Shown: positions 1-11,076, counted from the first letter of the stretch. The stretch: 64,000 bases of DNA from Sulfolobales archaeon HS-7 (GCA_019704295.1 AP024596.1:1536001-1600000), one strand, 5' to 3'. Made by a program: numbers and translations. The notes: generated by a model from the letters alone, not told the origin.

Positions 1-843
1 TGATTGGAACATGAGGAACAATCCGAAACCCGAGACGAAGGAGGTAATAAGGGGAACGGCTATGTTCGGGTCTGACATTTCCTTAAGGTCTATAAACGGT
101 TCCTGAATGGATTTTTCCCTTACAATGAGGGCGATTAGGAAGAGAAATCCGAGTCCGAAGCCTGCTAAAGTATCAAAGGAGAGCCACCCCCAGCTTGCGG
201 CCTCGGTCAAAGTGAAACCAAAGGATAGGAAAGTAGCTCCCAGAAGGGCTATCCCCACGTAATCTAAGGACTCCTTAACCCTTATCCTTGATTCAGGGAT
301 ATACTTGTAAATAAGGCCCGCTATGATCAGTAATAGGGGGATCGCAGTTTGATAGGCGAATTGCCAGGTGTAGTATTGAGATATAAAAGAGCCTATAGGA
401 AGAGCTACTGCAGCCCCTACCGCGAAAGTCGAAGCTATTATCCCTTGGGCTACAGGAAGCTGTTCTTTGCTGAGGTTTTCCCTAAGAATGGTGTACGCAA
501 TCGGGTTTACTGCAAGTCCTATTCCCTGAATTGCCCTGAATGCCACGAGAAGTGTGAAGTTAGGAGATATGCTGGTGAGGACAACAGATATTGTATAGAA
601 CAGAAGTATGGTCATTAGAACTCTCTTCTTACCGAAAGAGTCAGCGGTCTTACCTATGACAGGCGATAGCAAGAGACCCCCGAGAGTTTCTGCCGATAAC
701 ACCCACGCGGCAGCGGACGAACTCACTCCAAATTGTCTCTCTATAGTATATAACGAAGGTAGCACTACCATTTCTACATACATTGTCAGTATTGAGAGAG
801 ATGCTAGCAACGGCAGAAATCTCCTCAGTGGTGACGAAGGCAT
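1..843 (-). CDS. MFS transporter (DHA2/EmrB-like), 3' end outside window; not in ORF track
   Basis: Manual translation from ATG at 843: MPSSPLRRFLPLLASLSILTMYVEMVVLPSL...GKTADSFGKKRV (MFS motif A)...FRAIQGIG; hydrophobic throughout. Confidence 0.9.
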   Translation of the reverse strand, partial: MPSSPLRRFLPLLASLSILTMYVEMVVLPSLYTIERQFGVSSSAAAWVLSAETLGGLLLSPVIGKTADSFGKKRVLMTILLFYTISVVLTSISPNFTLLVAFRAIQGIGLAVNPIAYTILRENLSKEQLPVAQGIIASTFAVGAAVALPIGSFISQYYTWQFAYQTAIPLLLIIAGLIYKYIPESRIRVKESLDYVGIALLGATFLSFGFTLTEAASWGWLSFDTLAGFGLGFLFLIALIVREKSIQEPFIDLKEMSDPNIAVPLITSFVSGFGLFLMFQS

Positions 844-1117
844 AGGAATCGATATATCTATAGTAATCGGTCATAAAAAATCTTGCTATTCTCAATTGTC
901 AAAAACTTTTTAGACAAAGTAATTGAACGACGGATATTCGAACCCCCTTAGCGAAGAATTACCTTAATTAGTAGTCCATTACGGGATGGCAGAACATGGC
1001 AATTCAGGTGTAAATCTCTGATTGCAATATGAGGAAGGTGAATAAAGTAAAGACTTCTGTGAATTTTAGGAGCTGAGGGTTGGTATGAAATATAAAATTA
1101 TATCAAGTCAAAAGCCC

Positions 1118-1843
1118 TTACTTTATCCTTTCCTCTACAAATCTCATAAAGGGGAGGATCTCCTCTATCTCTTTAATCTCTGGAATTCTTCTATAGTTGA
1201 AGAGATCTTCTATAAACGGAATAACGAATACTCTACAGCCACACTCGGATTCCACTTCTCTTTTCCTCCTATTTGCCAGCTCAAGTTCGTCAGGTAACGG
1301 TGGCACCAGGTTAATTACGAAAGCCATGACTGGCTGATCGGTCTCGTCAGCGTATCTCCTCGTTTCGTTTAAGTTTTCCTTAATGTCTGATGGGAGGGGG
1401 TCAGATACTGTGATAAGGGATTTTTGAGAGTCTCGAAAAGCTTCATTATATCCACTAAATTCGGAACGTGAGAATTCCGTGTTAGTGACGAAGGTGTCTC
1501 CGTAATCTACGACCAACACGTGATATTTCCTGTATATTTCGATCAATTCCTGGATTTTATCCCTATCAATTCCCTCCCTTAAGGCGTCATAATCGGATAT
1601 CCCTGAAAAGAATTTGATAATTCCGAGTTGTCCCCTCTCTTCATAGAAATTCGAGGTGTCTCCGCCATGTTTGCAGTAATCCAAAAAGCCTTTCCCCCTG
1701 AAGTTCAAATGTAACGACCCCCAGGAATTGACGTCCTTGTCAACATATAGAACTCGGAATTTCTTAGATAGGTAAAGTGACGTGTGAAGAGCTAACGTGG
1801 TTTTGCCCGACCCTCCCTTTACACCAATAAAGGCCAATCTCAT
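1118..1843 (-). CDS. ParA/MinD-family P-loop ATPase (orphan)
   Basis: Deviant Walker A GVKGGSGKTT, VLYVDKD, VVDYG, VINLVP. Confidence 0.85.
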   Translation of the reverse strand: MRLAFIGVKGGSGKTTLALHTSLYLSKKFRVLYVDKDVNSWGSLHLNFRGKGFLDYCKHGGDTSNFYEERGQLGIIKFFSGISDYDALREGIDRDKIQELIEIYRKYHVLVVDYGDTFVTNTEFSRSEFSGYNEAFRDSQKSLITVSDPLPSDIKENLNETRRYADETDQPVMAFVINLVPPLPDELELANRRKREVESECGCRVFVIPFIEDLFNYRRIPEIKEIEEILPFMRFVEERIK

Positions 1844-3081
1844 AGAAAGAAGTTATCCAATTTATTAAAATTTTTACCGCTCTTCATATGAATAAAATGT
1901 GCTATTACTCAAGATTGTCAGCAACCAGGAATAAGAGTGGACGATATTAAATTTCAATCTTGTGCAATTCCTCTAAGTATTGACTTCAAGTATGTTAATT
2001 TTGCTATATAGAAACTATAAGTTTATTCATAAATATTCTATAAAATATTTCATTAATCCCGTTAGAGGAAGTGAGCTATCCCCCTCATCAAGCTTCTTAG
2101 TCTCAACTTGCCCAAAGAGCTTCGGATACTGTGAGGTTTCTTCCGACCATAATCTCCTTAGGATGTTATGTAGTGTGTTGTAATCACGACATAAGACCCG
2201 ACAGTACTTAGGACAGCCAAGAATATGAGTAATTAATGTTAAGTCTTTCCTAACCGCACCCGATGAAAGTCGTGGAAGTAAACCTGGGTTCTAGGATGAA
2301 TTTCTTATTGTTTGAGCTGATGATCTATGAAGCTTCTGAGTTAATAAAAGGTTAGATCCTGAAGTCCCAGGAGGAACTTACCAACAAGTTGCTTAACTAT
2401 ATCCTCCATTACGAGGAGATAGTAATGCTCAGCAAAATAACGGGTTCATGCTGGTAACGCCAGAAGTTCCCGTTGAGTAAGATAACGTAAAATCTGCTAA
2501 GAATAGACAAACTCGCTCGAAATACCAGCCTCCTCCATCAAGTTCTTTAAGCGTTCATAAGCCATTACTAGTTTAGTCTTAGCCTTAAACCCATTTCCGG
2601 AGAAAATCCTTCCGGGAGATCTATGCAACTTCTTGATTTTCCTAAGAGAGAAACCATACGAAAACACTTCCCTGAGAACTTCATTTATTCTCAATCACCG
2701 AAAAGCAAATGTTTTCCTCAAGTCGTAACAATCCATTAACACAGTTGAAAAATTTGCTGAAATCGGTGCGTGATTTTCCCCTCACTGAGTTTTAAAGCTC
2801 TTATAGACAATCTTCGTTGAAATCGAGAGGTTGGTGTGCCTTTACTTCATCATCGCGAGGAACTTAATAGAGATGAATCTTTAATTTCAGACTGCACGAA
2901 CTTGTTGAACACTTCTGCTATCTATTTCTTAATGTTATAATTGGAGAAAGTACACTTCAATAACTCACGTAAAGCTTAAAGATCTGCTGTAATTTCTGCA
3001 TTTCTAGAGGAGTTTAAGGAAGGTTTGACTTATCGTATTCTAAGGAGAATTCGTGTGAGTTTAATCTGCACTTCTTTATTG

Positions 3082-3954
3082 TCACTTTCCTACTAATTTG
3101 TCGTAAAGCTTTATCAGACTTTGAGTTCCCTTCTCGCCCAATCCGTTAGCTACCAAGGCCGAATAGAGCTGGAGCGTTAATGACGTTGCCGGCATAGGTA
3201 TTGATCGCTTTGAAGCAACGTCGTCTACGTATTTTAGGTCCTTTTTAAGGTGCCAAGACTTAAACCCGGGCTCTAAGTCGCCTTTCATGATCTTAGGCAT
3301 GTAATATTGAACGGTAAAGGAATTTCCTGCGCCAGACGAAAGCATGGAGAATAGTTTCTCATCCTCAATTCCCATGCTTCTCGAAAGTTGAAGCGCCTCT
3401 ACGACTGCGACCATGTCAAGGGCTATAACCACCTGGTTACATAGTTTGAGTGCCTGTCCTTTCCCAGCAGAACCAACGTATATTACGTTTTTTCCCATGG
3501 CCTTGAACACAGGTTCAACCTGTTTAAAAACGTCTTCATCGCCGCCTACCATTATTGTAAGAGTTCCTTCTTTTGCCCCTTTATCACCGCCAGTAACTGG
3601 AGCGTCTAGAAATCTAATCCCTCGTTCCTTTAGTTGAGAGTACGTCTCAAGGGCGAAATCGGGAGAGTTGGTACTCATGTCAACGAAGATTAACCCCTTC
3701 TTCTCGGCTTTCACTATTCCGTGCTCTCCGTATAGGATTTGTTCTACATCAGGGGCATCAGTAACAATCGATAAGACCACATCGGATTGCCTTGCAACCT
3801 CCTCTGGAGTATTGACGACTCTAGCCCCCAATTTCTCAAAGGGTTCAGCCTTACCTCTTGTTCTATTGTATACAGTGAGAGGGAAACCGGCCTTCAAAAT
3901 GTTTCCAGCCATACCAGAACCCATAATTCCCAAACCAATGAAGCCGACTTTCAT
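3082..3954 (-). CDS. NAD(P)-dependent beta-hydroxyacid dehydrogenase (3-hydroxyisobutyrate/tartronate-semialdehyde reductase family)
   Basis: GFIGLGIMG Rossmann motif, DAPVTGG, catalytic Lys in ALKLCNQ, KDL motif. Confidence 0.93.
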   Translation of the reverse strand: MKVGFIGLGIMGSGMAGNILKAGFPLTVYNRTRGKAEPFEKLGARVVNTPEEVARQSDVVLSIVTDAPDVEQILYGEHGIVKAEKKGLIFVDMSTNSPDFALETYSQLKERGIRFLDAPVTGGDKGAKEGTLTIMVGGDEDVFKQVEPVFKAMGKNVIYVGSAGKGQALKLCNQVVIALDMVAVVEALQLSRSMGIEDEKLFSMLSSGAGNSFTVQYYMPKIMKGDLEPGFKSWHLKKDLKYVDDVASKRSIPMPATSLTLQLYSALVANGLGEKGTQSLIKLYDKLVGK

Positions 3955-4059
3955 ACTAAATATTGTACATTAGCGTAGTAAAAAGAACTTCTCCTTATAT
4001 GGTAAGAGCCGTTCACGCGCTCATTCCAAATTAACTTTATTTTATCAGTTGGAAATTAA

Positions 4060-5070
4060 CTAATTCATTGTAGATTGGTAATATCAAATAGGAGACGAGT
4101 CGGAGATAATACGATGGAACAACCTGAATTACCAAGTATCACCGAGTGTAGTATTACCTTTTAGTTAATCCACCTTCCGCAGAACACGTTATCAAACAAA
4201 TCGGTCGAGGAGAAGAAAAGCCCTTGAGGAGGAGATAAGTCTAAAGTAGGGAAGAGGGGGTTAAGAGGAAAGGACACTCTAGTTTCCGCTTCCTCAAGGG
4301 CATCGTGCTGTTAACGGAGAATAGAGGAAGATCTACAACGTTTTACGTTAGCGTGAAATTACCCGTCTTGTGCAAGGATGATAAGAGGGTGAAAACCCGC
4401 GTGGAGGAGGAAATAGAGAGTCATTCCTCACTTTCTTTTCATATTCGTGCATAGGGGGAAATTGAAAGTTAGCCTTCCAATGCCAAATCTAAACGTAAGG
4501 GGCGACTTCAAGTACGTAGATGGGAAATACGTCAAGTTAACTAGTGGGAAGAGGGGAGTGCTCCTCATCGCAGTATGGGTAATATCCGAGAAGAGGACAA
4601 GAGGAGCTACTGAGACTTCCTCGTACGCCTCTCGAGGGAGTACAACGTGGAGTTGATCGTGGGTGACGGCTCTACTCCCTTGAACTACGCTATTCTCGCT
4701 CCCAAAATGAAGGTCAGGAGGTTAACACTGCATAATATACAAGAAGCGGAGAATGACAAGGGAGGAGTTGAACGAGCTCCTCGGCTGAGGAGGGAAATCC
4801 CATCGTGGACAAGTACCGCGTGCTGAACTACCTCTTAGCTCGAGTTGTGGGAGTAACTCAAGGGCAACAACCTCGCGGAGTCCTTCAACTCCCTTGTCAA
4901 GGCGTTTCGGTCTGTCTCACTCCTCTTGATGATTTCACAAATCGCGTGAACTATTGCCCTCTCGTATAACCTCTCAATATGTTTTCTTACGTTTGTAATA
5001 ATATTACGTCATCCTTATTCCTCCCACTATTTCCATGTATTTAGATTATACCCTGAACTATTCTGATTTA
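4060..5070 (+). mobile_element. Decayed IS256-family (ISC1250-like) transposase remnant; ends approximate
   Basis: Broken-frame fragments YVSVKLPVL..KRVKT, GDFKYVDGKYVKL..GVLLIA, VGDG and GNNLAESFNSLVKAF (DDE pattern); many stops and frameshifts. Confidence 0.65.
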
Positions 5071-5199
5071 ACGAGGAATATTACAATTCGCAATGAACAT
5101 GCGAACGTCCTCACTAGTATTTCCAGTAAGTTTATATCTTATCGTTGTCTTATTTTACGTTTTTTAACTAACAAAAACTTTATAGAATTGCTAAGTCTT

Positions 5200-5625
5200 G
5201 CCGAGAGGTTGTAAAGTGAATATTAAGAGTACAAGAGTTTATCACGTTAATCTGGATACCTAATCGACGAGTACGACGTAAGGATTATTAATCCTTTATA
5301 TTCAAGACGTTTAAGGAGTTTAAGGGGAAATACAAGAATGATGCTGTAAAGCTTTCTGAGCTAGTTGTTGGGTAGTGGGTTCACAACAAGTAAGGGCATG
5401 AATTTATGAGTCAATGGGATTTTTAATCTAGTGTATTACTAGGGTAAAGAATAGGTTGAGGAGAGACTTGATCCTCTTGGGCTATGGTGATAGTATGTTA
5501 AAGAAGCACTTTGAGGAGGTATTAGGGGTGGAGATAATACTATCCTGGCGAGGTGAGTTTGCTCTGAAGGATTTGAGAAGGCTTAAGGTTAGGAGGGAGG
5601 GAATTGAGGAGAGAGTTAAGTAATT
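5200..5625 (+). mobile_element. Decayed IS110-family transposase remnant (N-terminal part)
   Basis: Fragments EYDVRIINP, KEFKGK..KNDA.KLSEL and TRVKNRLRRDLILLGY, which resemble Sulfolobales IS110 transposases; frameshifted. Confidence 0.65.
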
Positions 5626-5725
5626 CGCCCCAACAAATAGTTCGATCTTCACTATTAGTTGGTAGGCGGACAATATTATGTTTAAGTTCAACCGAAATAT
5701 TACTGAACGCCTGCGTCAGGATAAT

Positions 5726-7057
5726 CTAGCTATTTAATATTATCTTACTCCTCTCAATTAATTTTGAATATATTTGATCTCTGTCCCTAATTTCCTCCTC
5801 AGCTTCTCCGATAAGTTTCGCCAGCTCGTCTAATTTGATTGCCTCAAACGATGTAACTGAGTAAGTTTCTAGTTTAATACCTTGCGTTATCCTCTTCCCT
5901 ATCTTTGCATAGGCATCTTTCCACGGAGTTCCACTTATTACTTCAGATGCAGCGTTCCCAGTAGCGAAGCTACTGTTTTGAACAACTTTTGACGCCACAT
6001 CTGGCAGGAATTCTATCTCACTTACCATTTTCCTGAAATATTTAATAGTTTTGAATACTATATCTAGTGATTCTATAATACACCACTTAGCTATCTGAAA
6101 GTCCCTATGATATCCACTCGTCTTTGAAAGCAGAAGGGTTGATACGGTAACAGAGTTCGATAGTATTAAAGCGGCATAACCTTCAACCATCTCGAGAAAA
6201 TCAGGGTTAGCCTTATTCGGCATAAGGGAACTTCCGGTTACGAACGCCTTTGGAAGACTTATGAAACCTAGTTCCTCTGACGACCAAAGTATCAGATCTT
6301 GCGAGAACCTCGAAATCCTTAACATGATTTCCTTTAATAGATCGATAACCCTTAGTTCGTCTACTCCCCTAAATGATGATGCTAATAAGGGATTCTTAAC
6401 GATTTCCCTAAACCCCAGCATTTGCGATACCTCTTTCCAGTCTGCCGGAGAAAAACTTCCGAATCCCGAACCGTAGCCGAGGGGCAACTCCATTAAGTCC
6501 TGTATAGCTTGAGATATCTTTTTTGAGAAGTCCACGAAAGTACTAGCGATGTAATCAGTGTAAGTAGACCACGTTGTAGGCATCGCCTGTCTATAGTGAG
6601 TATATCCGGGAATTATCCCGTCTTCCTTGACCCCTTTCTTTTTTATTTCTTCTGCCGAAAGTAGGCATTCCTGCTTTAAGTGGAGAAGAGAATCTATGAG
6701 GAAAAGTCTAATGTCTGTATGGATCTGTTCATTACGTGATAAGAGAACCCTTAAATTAACTCCTGCTTCAGCGTTTGCCTTTAGAACTAACTTCTCTACC
6801 TCCGTGTGGATATCCTCTTCTTGGATCATATCTAATTGCTGACCATAGAGATTTATTAGCTCTCTAATTATCTCCTTGCTCGTTTCCTTCTTAATAATTT
6901 CCTTGTCGTGAAGTGAAATATGATAAGATAGAAGGGCCAAAATTTCATATTTAAAGAATATAACATCGTATTCCCTATCCTTTCCTGTTACGAAGTCCTG
7001 TGCTTCTTTCTTTTCAGAATAACCCAACCCTCCCTTCCAAATAGCAAAATCGTTCAT
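5726..7057 (-). CDS. argH: Argininosuccinate lyase-like protein (fumarase/aspartase superfamily)
   Basis: SRNEQ (cf. SRNDQ), GYTHYRQAMP, signature GSSLMPNKANPD, SGYHRD. Confidence 0.85.
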   Translation of the reverse strand: MNDFAIWKGGLGYSEKKEAQDFVTGKDREYDVIFFKYEILALLSYHISLHDKEIIKKETSKEIIRELINLYGQQLDMIQEEDIHTEVEKLVLKANAEAGVNLRVLLSRNEQIHTDIRLFLIDSLLHLKQECLLSAEEIKKKGVKEDGIIPGYTHYRQAMPTTWSTYTDYIASTFVDFSKKISQAIQDLMELPLGYGSGFGSFSPADWKEVSQMLGFREIVKNPLLASSFRGVDELRVIDLLKEIMLRISRFSQDLILWSSEELGFISLPKAFVTGSSLMPNKANPDFLEMVEGYAALILSNSVTVSTLLLSKTSGYHRDFQIAKWCIIESLDIVFKTIKYFRKMVSEIEFLPDVASKVVQNSSFATGNAASEVISGTPWKDAYAKIGKRITQGIKLETYSVTSFEAIKLDELAKLIGEAEEEIRDRDQIYSKLIERSKIILNS

Positions 7058-7202
7058 AAGATACCCCCATCACCTTCACCTTAAATTTATTACGGATTTA
7101 AAAGTAGTACGTCTCTTAACATTTACAAACTCTATTCTTATTTTGATATTTATATATCATTTTAATGTTCAATTAATATAGAATCAAAACGCTTAATAAG
7201 AT

Positions 7203-8789
7203 GTGCCTGTTACCTTGATAAAGAGGTGGAATGGAATCCTTAAAAGGGATTTAGGTGTTTTATATCTAATTTTTATTGCTGTAATATCCGTAATTGGTTC
7301 TGGGGTTCTGGTTGTACCTACGACGGCAGAGTACATGGCGGGTCCTGCAAGCCTCTTATCCGTCATAATAGCAGGAGTTTCTATACTAATATTCCTATTA
7401 CTGTATGCAGAGCTGAGTTCTGAGATTCCGGTAACCGGAGGTACCGTCAGATATCCTGATATTTCTCATGGAAATATCGTCAGCGCTATGATAGGCTATG
7501 GTCTCCTCCTTGCTTATGTAGTAAGCCCCCCGTTAGTTTTGGAAATAATGCTAAGCTATCTTTCCTATTTTTTTCCATCAGTATATCAGAACGGTAATAT
7601 TACGAGTATAGGTATAGCGGTAGCTTCGTTAATTTTCATTATTTTTTACATTCCAAGCATACTAGGTGTTAAACTTACCGGCTTACTATCAGCTCTATTA
7701 GGTTCGATTAAGGCGATCATCATATTCGTCTTTGCTCTTCTACTAATCCTGTTTGCATTTCATCCATCTAATTTCACCGCCTACCATGGTTTTATCCCTT
7801 ACGGAATAAATGGAGTTGCACTAGCGGTATCCGCAGGAGGTCTATTCTTCGCCTTTACAGGATTTAGGCTAATTTTTGATTTTGCAGGGGAGGCGAAATA
7901 CCCAAGGAGGGCTATACCCGGATCTGTTCTGCTTTCCTTTTTGATTGTCTTTGTAATCTACATGCTCGTTCAAGTTGCAGTAATAGGGGGAATTAATTGG
8001 ACTGGATTACAGCAATATTCGGTAATACCGGGGAATTGGTCATCATTATCGTCACTATCGTCTCCATTAAGTCAGATAGCTCTGAGTAACGGTCTTTCGT
8101 TCCTTTCCGATATTATTCTATTTTTTGCTGTATATTCACCGTTAGTATTCGTAGTACCAGTATTAGGGGCTGAGGCCAGGCTACTAATGGGTCTTGTAGA
8201 TAACGGATATGCGCCTAAAGTATTCAATACGACGTCTAAGAAATACGGTAGTCCATACGTGGCAGTCACTTTCATATTAATACTCACCATTATTACATTG
8301 ATATTACTCCCAAGGTATTCCTCCATCCTTTCGCTTGTGTCAAGTGCATATGGTTTTACTTATGCAACGATTGGTGTCCAGTACTCGGTAATAGTAAAAC
8401 ACCTTTCATCGAGTAGATTTAAGGTTCCTTTAGGTAAGATTCTGGCTCCAATAAGCATGATTTTAGGCGGGTTCGTTGTCTTCTGGAGTGGCTATCCCTC
8501 AACGCTTTGGGGATTAATAGTAATGCTCCTATTCATTCCAGTATACTTCTATTACAACAGAGATATAATGAAAATTAAAGAAGATCTTAGAGCAGGATGG
8601 TGGTTCATAGTATATTCCCTCCTCTTATTTGCAATATCCTACCTTGGGAGTCAGATATTTGGAGGCCTTGGTCTGGTTAATTCCACGGAAAGCTATCTCT
8701 TAATAGCTGTTATCTCTCTGGTATTCTACTGGGTTGGAGTTAAATCTGGAAAGAGAGAGATTAATATAGATAAAGTTCAGGGAGGATGA
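7203..8789 (+). CDS. APC-family amino acid permease; true start uncertain
   Basis: VIGSG in TM1, YAELSSEIPVTGG, FAFTGF, GEAKYP; about 14 hydrophobic segments. Confidence 0.92.
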   Translation: MPVTLIKRWNGILKRDLGVLYLIFIAVISVIGSGVLVVPTTAEYMAGPASLLSVIIAGVSILIFLLLYAELSSEIPVTGGTVRYPDISHGNIVSAMIGYGLLLAYVVSPPLVLEIMLSYLSYFFPSVYQNGNITSIGIAVASLIFIIFYIPSILGVKLTGLLSALLGSIKAIIIFVFALLLILFAFHPSNFTAYHGFIPYGINGVALAVSAGGLFFAFTGFRLIFDFAGEAKYPRRAIPGSVLLSFLIVFVIYMLVQVAVIGGINWTGLQQYSVIPGNWSSLSSLSSPLSQIALSNGLSFLSDIILFFAVYSPLVFVVPVLGAEARLLMGLVDNGYAPKVFNTTSKKYGSPYVAVTFILILTIITLILLPRYSSILSLVSSAYGFTYATIGVQYSVIVKHLSSSRFKVPLGKILAPISMILGGFVVFWSGYPSTLWGLIVMLLFIPVYFYYNRDIMKIKEDLRAGWWFIVYSLLLFAISYLGSQIFGGLGLVNSTESYLLIAVISLVFYWVGVKSGKREINIDKVQGG

Positions 8790-8790
8790 G

Positions 8791-10413
8791 TTGTTACAAT
8801 TAAACAGAAACAGATTGCATAGAAGAACAGAGAAGCTTATTGAAATAGGGGAGAGAATTTCCGGCACAAAGGAAATTGAGGAAGCTGCGAGATATATCGT
8901 TGACGAGTTAAACCAATACAATCCCGAAATACTCAAGTTCCGGCTGTTAACTTCAAGAATAGGATCTCCATGTATTTTCCTCGTCGATAAAGTAAGATTT
9001 GATTGTTTGACCGATTTCTTTTCAAAAAGCGGGGAGTTTGAGGGTGAGTTGATCTACACCAATGATTTTTCCGATATTGATGGGAAAATAGTCCTGACTG
9101 ATCTGTCAAAACCGCCCTCTAGGCCTCTTAAGGCGAAAATTGCTTCTGATGCTGGAGCTAAAGGTATCGTCTTTATAGGATATGGAACGGATGATAACGA
9201 CCTCATCTACAGAGGGGGAATAAAATACGTATGGGGCAATCCCACAATATTTAATTATAGAGATATACCCTCTATAGCGTCGATTTCAATAAGTAGAAAG
9301 AAAGGGGTAGAAATAATAAGAAAAATGAGGAAGGGAACTTCAGGTTTTATTTCCGTAAGAACGTCGAGGGAGTGGGTAACCTCTGCTACACCTATAATAA
9401 GGAAAGTTAGGAGTGGAAGAAGATTCGTCATCGTTCAAAGCGCATTGGAGTCTATTGGAAGTACGGCTACGTTTAACTCAGCTTCGAACGCTGCGTTAAT
9501 GGAAATTGTAGAAACTACAGATGACATCCTTGCAATATTTACTGACGGTCATGAGGTGGCAGAATCGGCATCTTCAGCATTTCTTGTAGACAGTGAGTGG
9601 GAAATGCTGAAAAATAACGCCATAGTAACGGTCAACGTAGAGTCATTAGGTATAAGAGGAGGAGAAAGGTCTGTAAGCTATATATCACCCGAAATCCTTG
9701 ACTACGCAAAGAAAGTTGAAAAAGAACATGGATTTAACTCAGAGTTTAGATATGAAGGAAAACACGGTGAAAACAGCTATATTGGAATAGGAATACCCTA
9801 CTACTGGCATGTTGATTACATTCCTGGAGATCTCCCTTTAGGTTATTGGTACAGAACCGAAGCAGACACCATAGAACATGTTGATTTCGTTCTCCTTGAA
9901 AAGCAGACTCTTCTTATTAGAGACTTGATTAGAGAAATGGCTAACTCTAAAATAGTTCCATACTCCTTAACTGCATTTCCTACTCTAATCGATAATATCC
10001 TCCAGAACGATTTAATCAACTTTCTCAATAAACACAATGTAATAGATAAGAGTGTCTGGGATAAGCTCAATGTTGTTCTAACTAACCTCCACAAGCTCAA
10101 ACCAATGTCAGAACAATTGAGCAATGAACTTAACTTGTTATCCGATATTAGCATAGAGGAAGCTAACCGACTGCTGATAAAAGCGGTCAGGCTAACGCAT
10201 TGGTACTTATTCAGCTTGCAAGATAAATACTTTCAAGATCCTTACGGAAGTAATTATGATGAAATATTCCCAATAATCAGGGTTATACTAAACACGAATG
10301 ATATAAACCTTTCCGTAAATTCTATTCTCAAAGAGATGAATAAAATCCTTGATATTACTGATGATTTAAAGAGTATATTAGAAAGAATGGAATCCCTCCT
10401 CTCAGCCCATTAA
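8791..10413 (+). CDS. PA-domain/M28 peptidase-like protein with apparently degenerate metal site
   Basis: PA domain (GKIVL...KAKIASDAGAKGIVF...IPSIASIS) followed by M28-like core (NVESLG, YWYRTEADT); the expected HxD, DN and H ligands are replaced. Confidence 0.7.
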   Translation: MLQLNRNRLHRRTEKLIEIGERISGTKEIEEAARYIVDELNQYNPEILKFRLLTSRIGSPCIFLVDKVRFDCLTDFFSKSGEFEGELIYTNDFSDIDGKIVLTDLSKPPSRPLKAKIASDAGAKGIVFIGYGTDDNDLIYRGGIKYVWGNPTIFNYRDIPSIASISISRKKGVEIIRKMRKGTSGFISVRTSREWVTSATPIIRKVRSGRRFVIVQSALESIGSTATFNSASNAALMEIVETTDDILAIFTDGHEVAESASSAFLVDSEWEMLKNNAIVTVNVESLGIRGGERSVSYISPEILDYAKKVEKEHGFNSEFRYEGKHGENSYIGIGIPYYWHVDYIPGDLPLGYWYRTEADTIEHVDFVLLEKQTLLIRDLIREMANSKIVPYSLTAFPTLIDNILQNDLINFLNKHNVIDKSVWDKLNVVLTNLHKLKPMSEQLSNELNLLSDISIEEANRLLIKAVRLTHWYLFSLQDKYFQDPYGSNYDEIFPIIRVILNTNDINLSVNSILKEMNKILDITDDLKSILERMESLLSAH

Positions 10414-10439
10414 CGAGAAATACCGAAGGATTAAGGACA

Positions 10440-10830
10440 GAACTTACGTTGTCTACAGGGAATTAGAGTTCGAAGGAATTCACGATGTGATTCATGTGAG
10501 AAATAAGGAGAAACCCAATCATTTCCTTTTCGTCACTAATACTATGGGGGATCCTTACGAGTTGGCCGAGGTTCACAGGTTGAGATATAGAGGAGGGCTT
10601 CGAGACGAGAAAGGATAGAACTGTTCGGAAGGTTGAGGGGCAAACTCCTCTTCTAGTTGATCTACGCGTTCCTAGATAAGTCCTTGAACTTACATATCCT
10701 CCTCTCGCTTGACTTCAAGGCTCCCAGAATGAAGTCTCAAGCGTTCAACCATTTCGTCAACCTCCTCTAGCGGGTTTTGTTAGCTATAGGATTAAGTATG
10801 TACCTCCTATTGAGCTCGTGAGGAAAACTC
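10440..10830 (+). mobile_element. Decayed IS4/ISH3-like transposase C-terminal remnant
   Basis: FLFVTNTMGDPYELAEVHRL..IEEGF resembles the FxTN...Y..RW.IE..F motif; interrupted. Confidence 0.5.
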
Positions 10831-11076
10831 GGAACTTCCCATAGTTTCTTACCCTTAACTTGTAAAAATATAATAGATTTTGACTAAATTCCTCATATTA
10901 TCACACTCTTTTAGTTAGTTTAATCCCTTATCTTTGTATACCGATTACGGTAATACCTTACTAATATGAGGTTTTTGGGGAACAGGACTACTGTATGTAA
11001 GATTCCTGATAATTTTATGGAGTGTAAAAGTCGCAAAGGACATTGAGAAATAGGAGATAACAGAACGTATTTACTC

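Noticed and set aside
349-913. ORFs 349-618, 608-913 and 650-895
   Set aside because: Antisense or off-frame shadows of the MFS gene at 1-843
2050-2300. Possible TnpB zinc-ribbon tail (STCPK...C..AKN)
   Set aside because: Too degenerate; no RuvC motifs or element ends recognisable
2300-2700. Short ORF fragments including 2497-2694
   Set aside because: Probably gene debris; no family could be assigned
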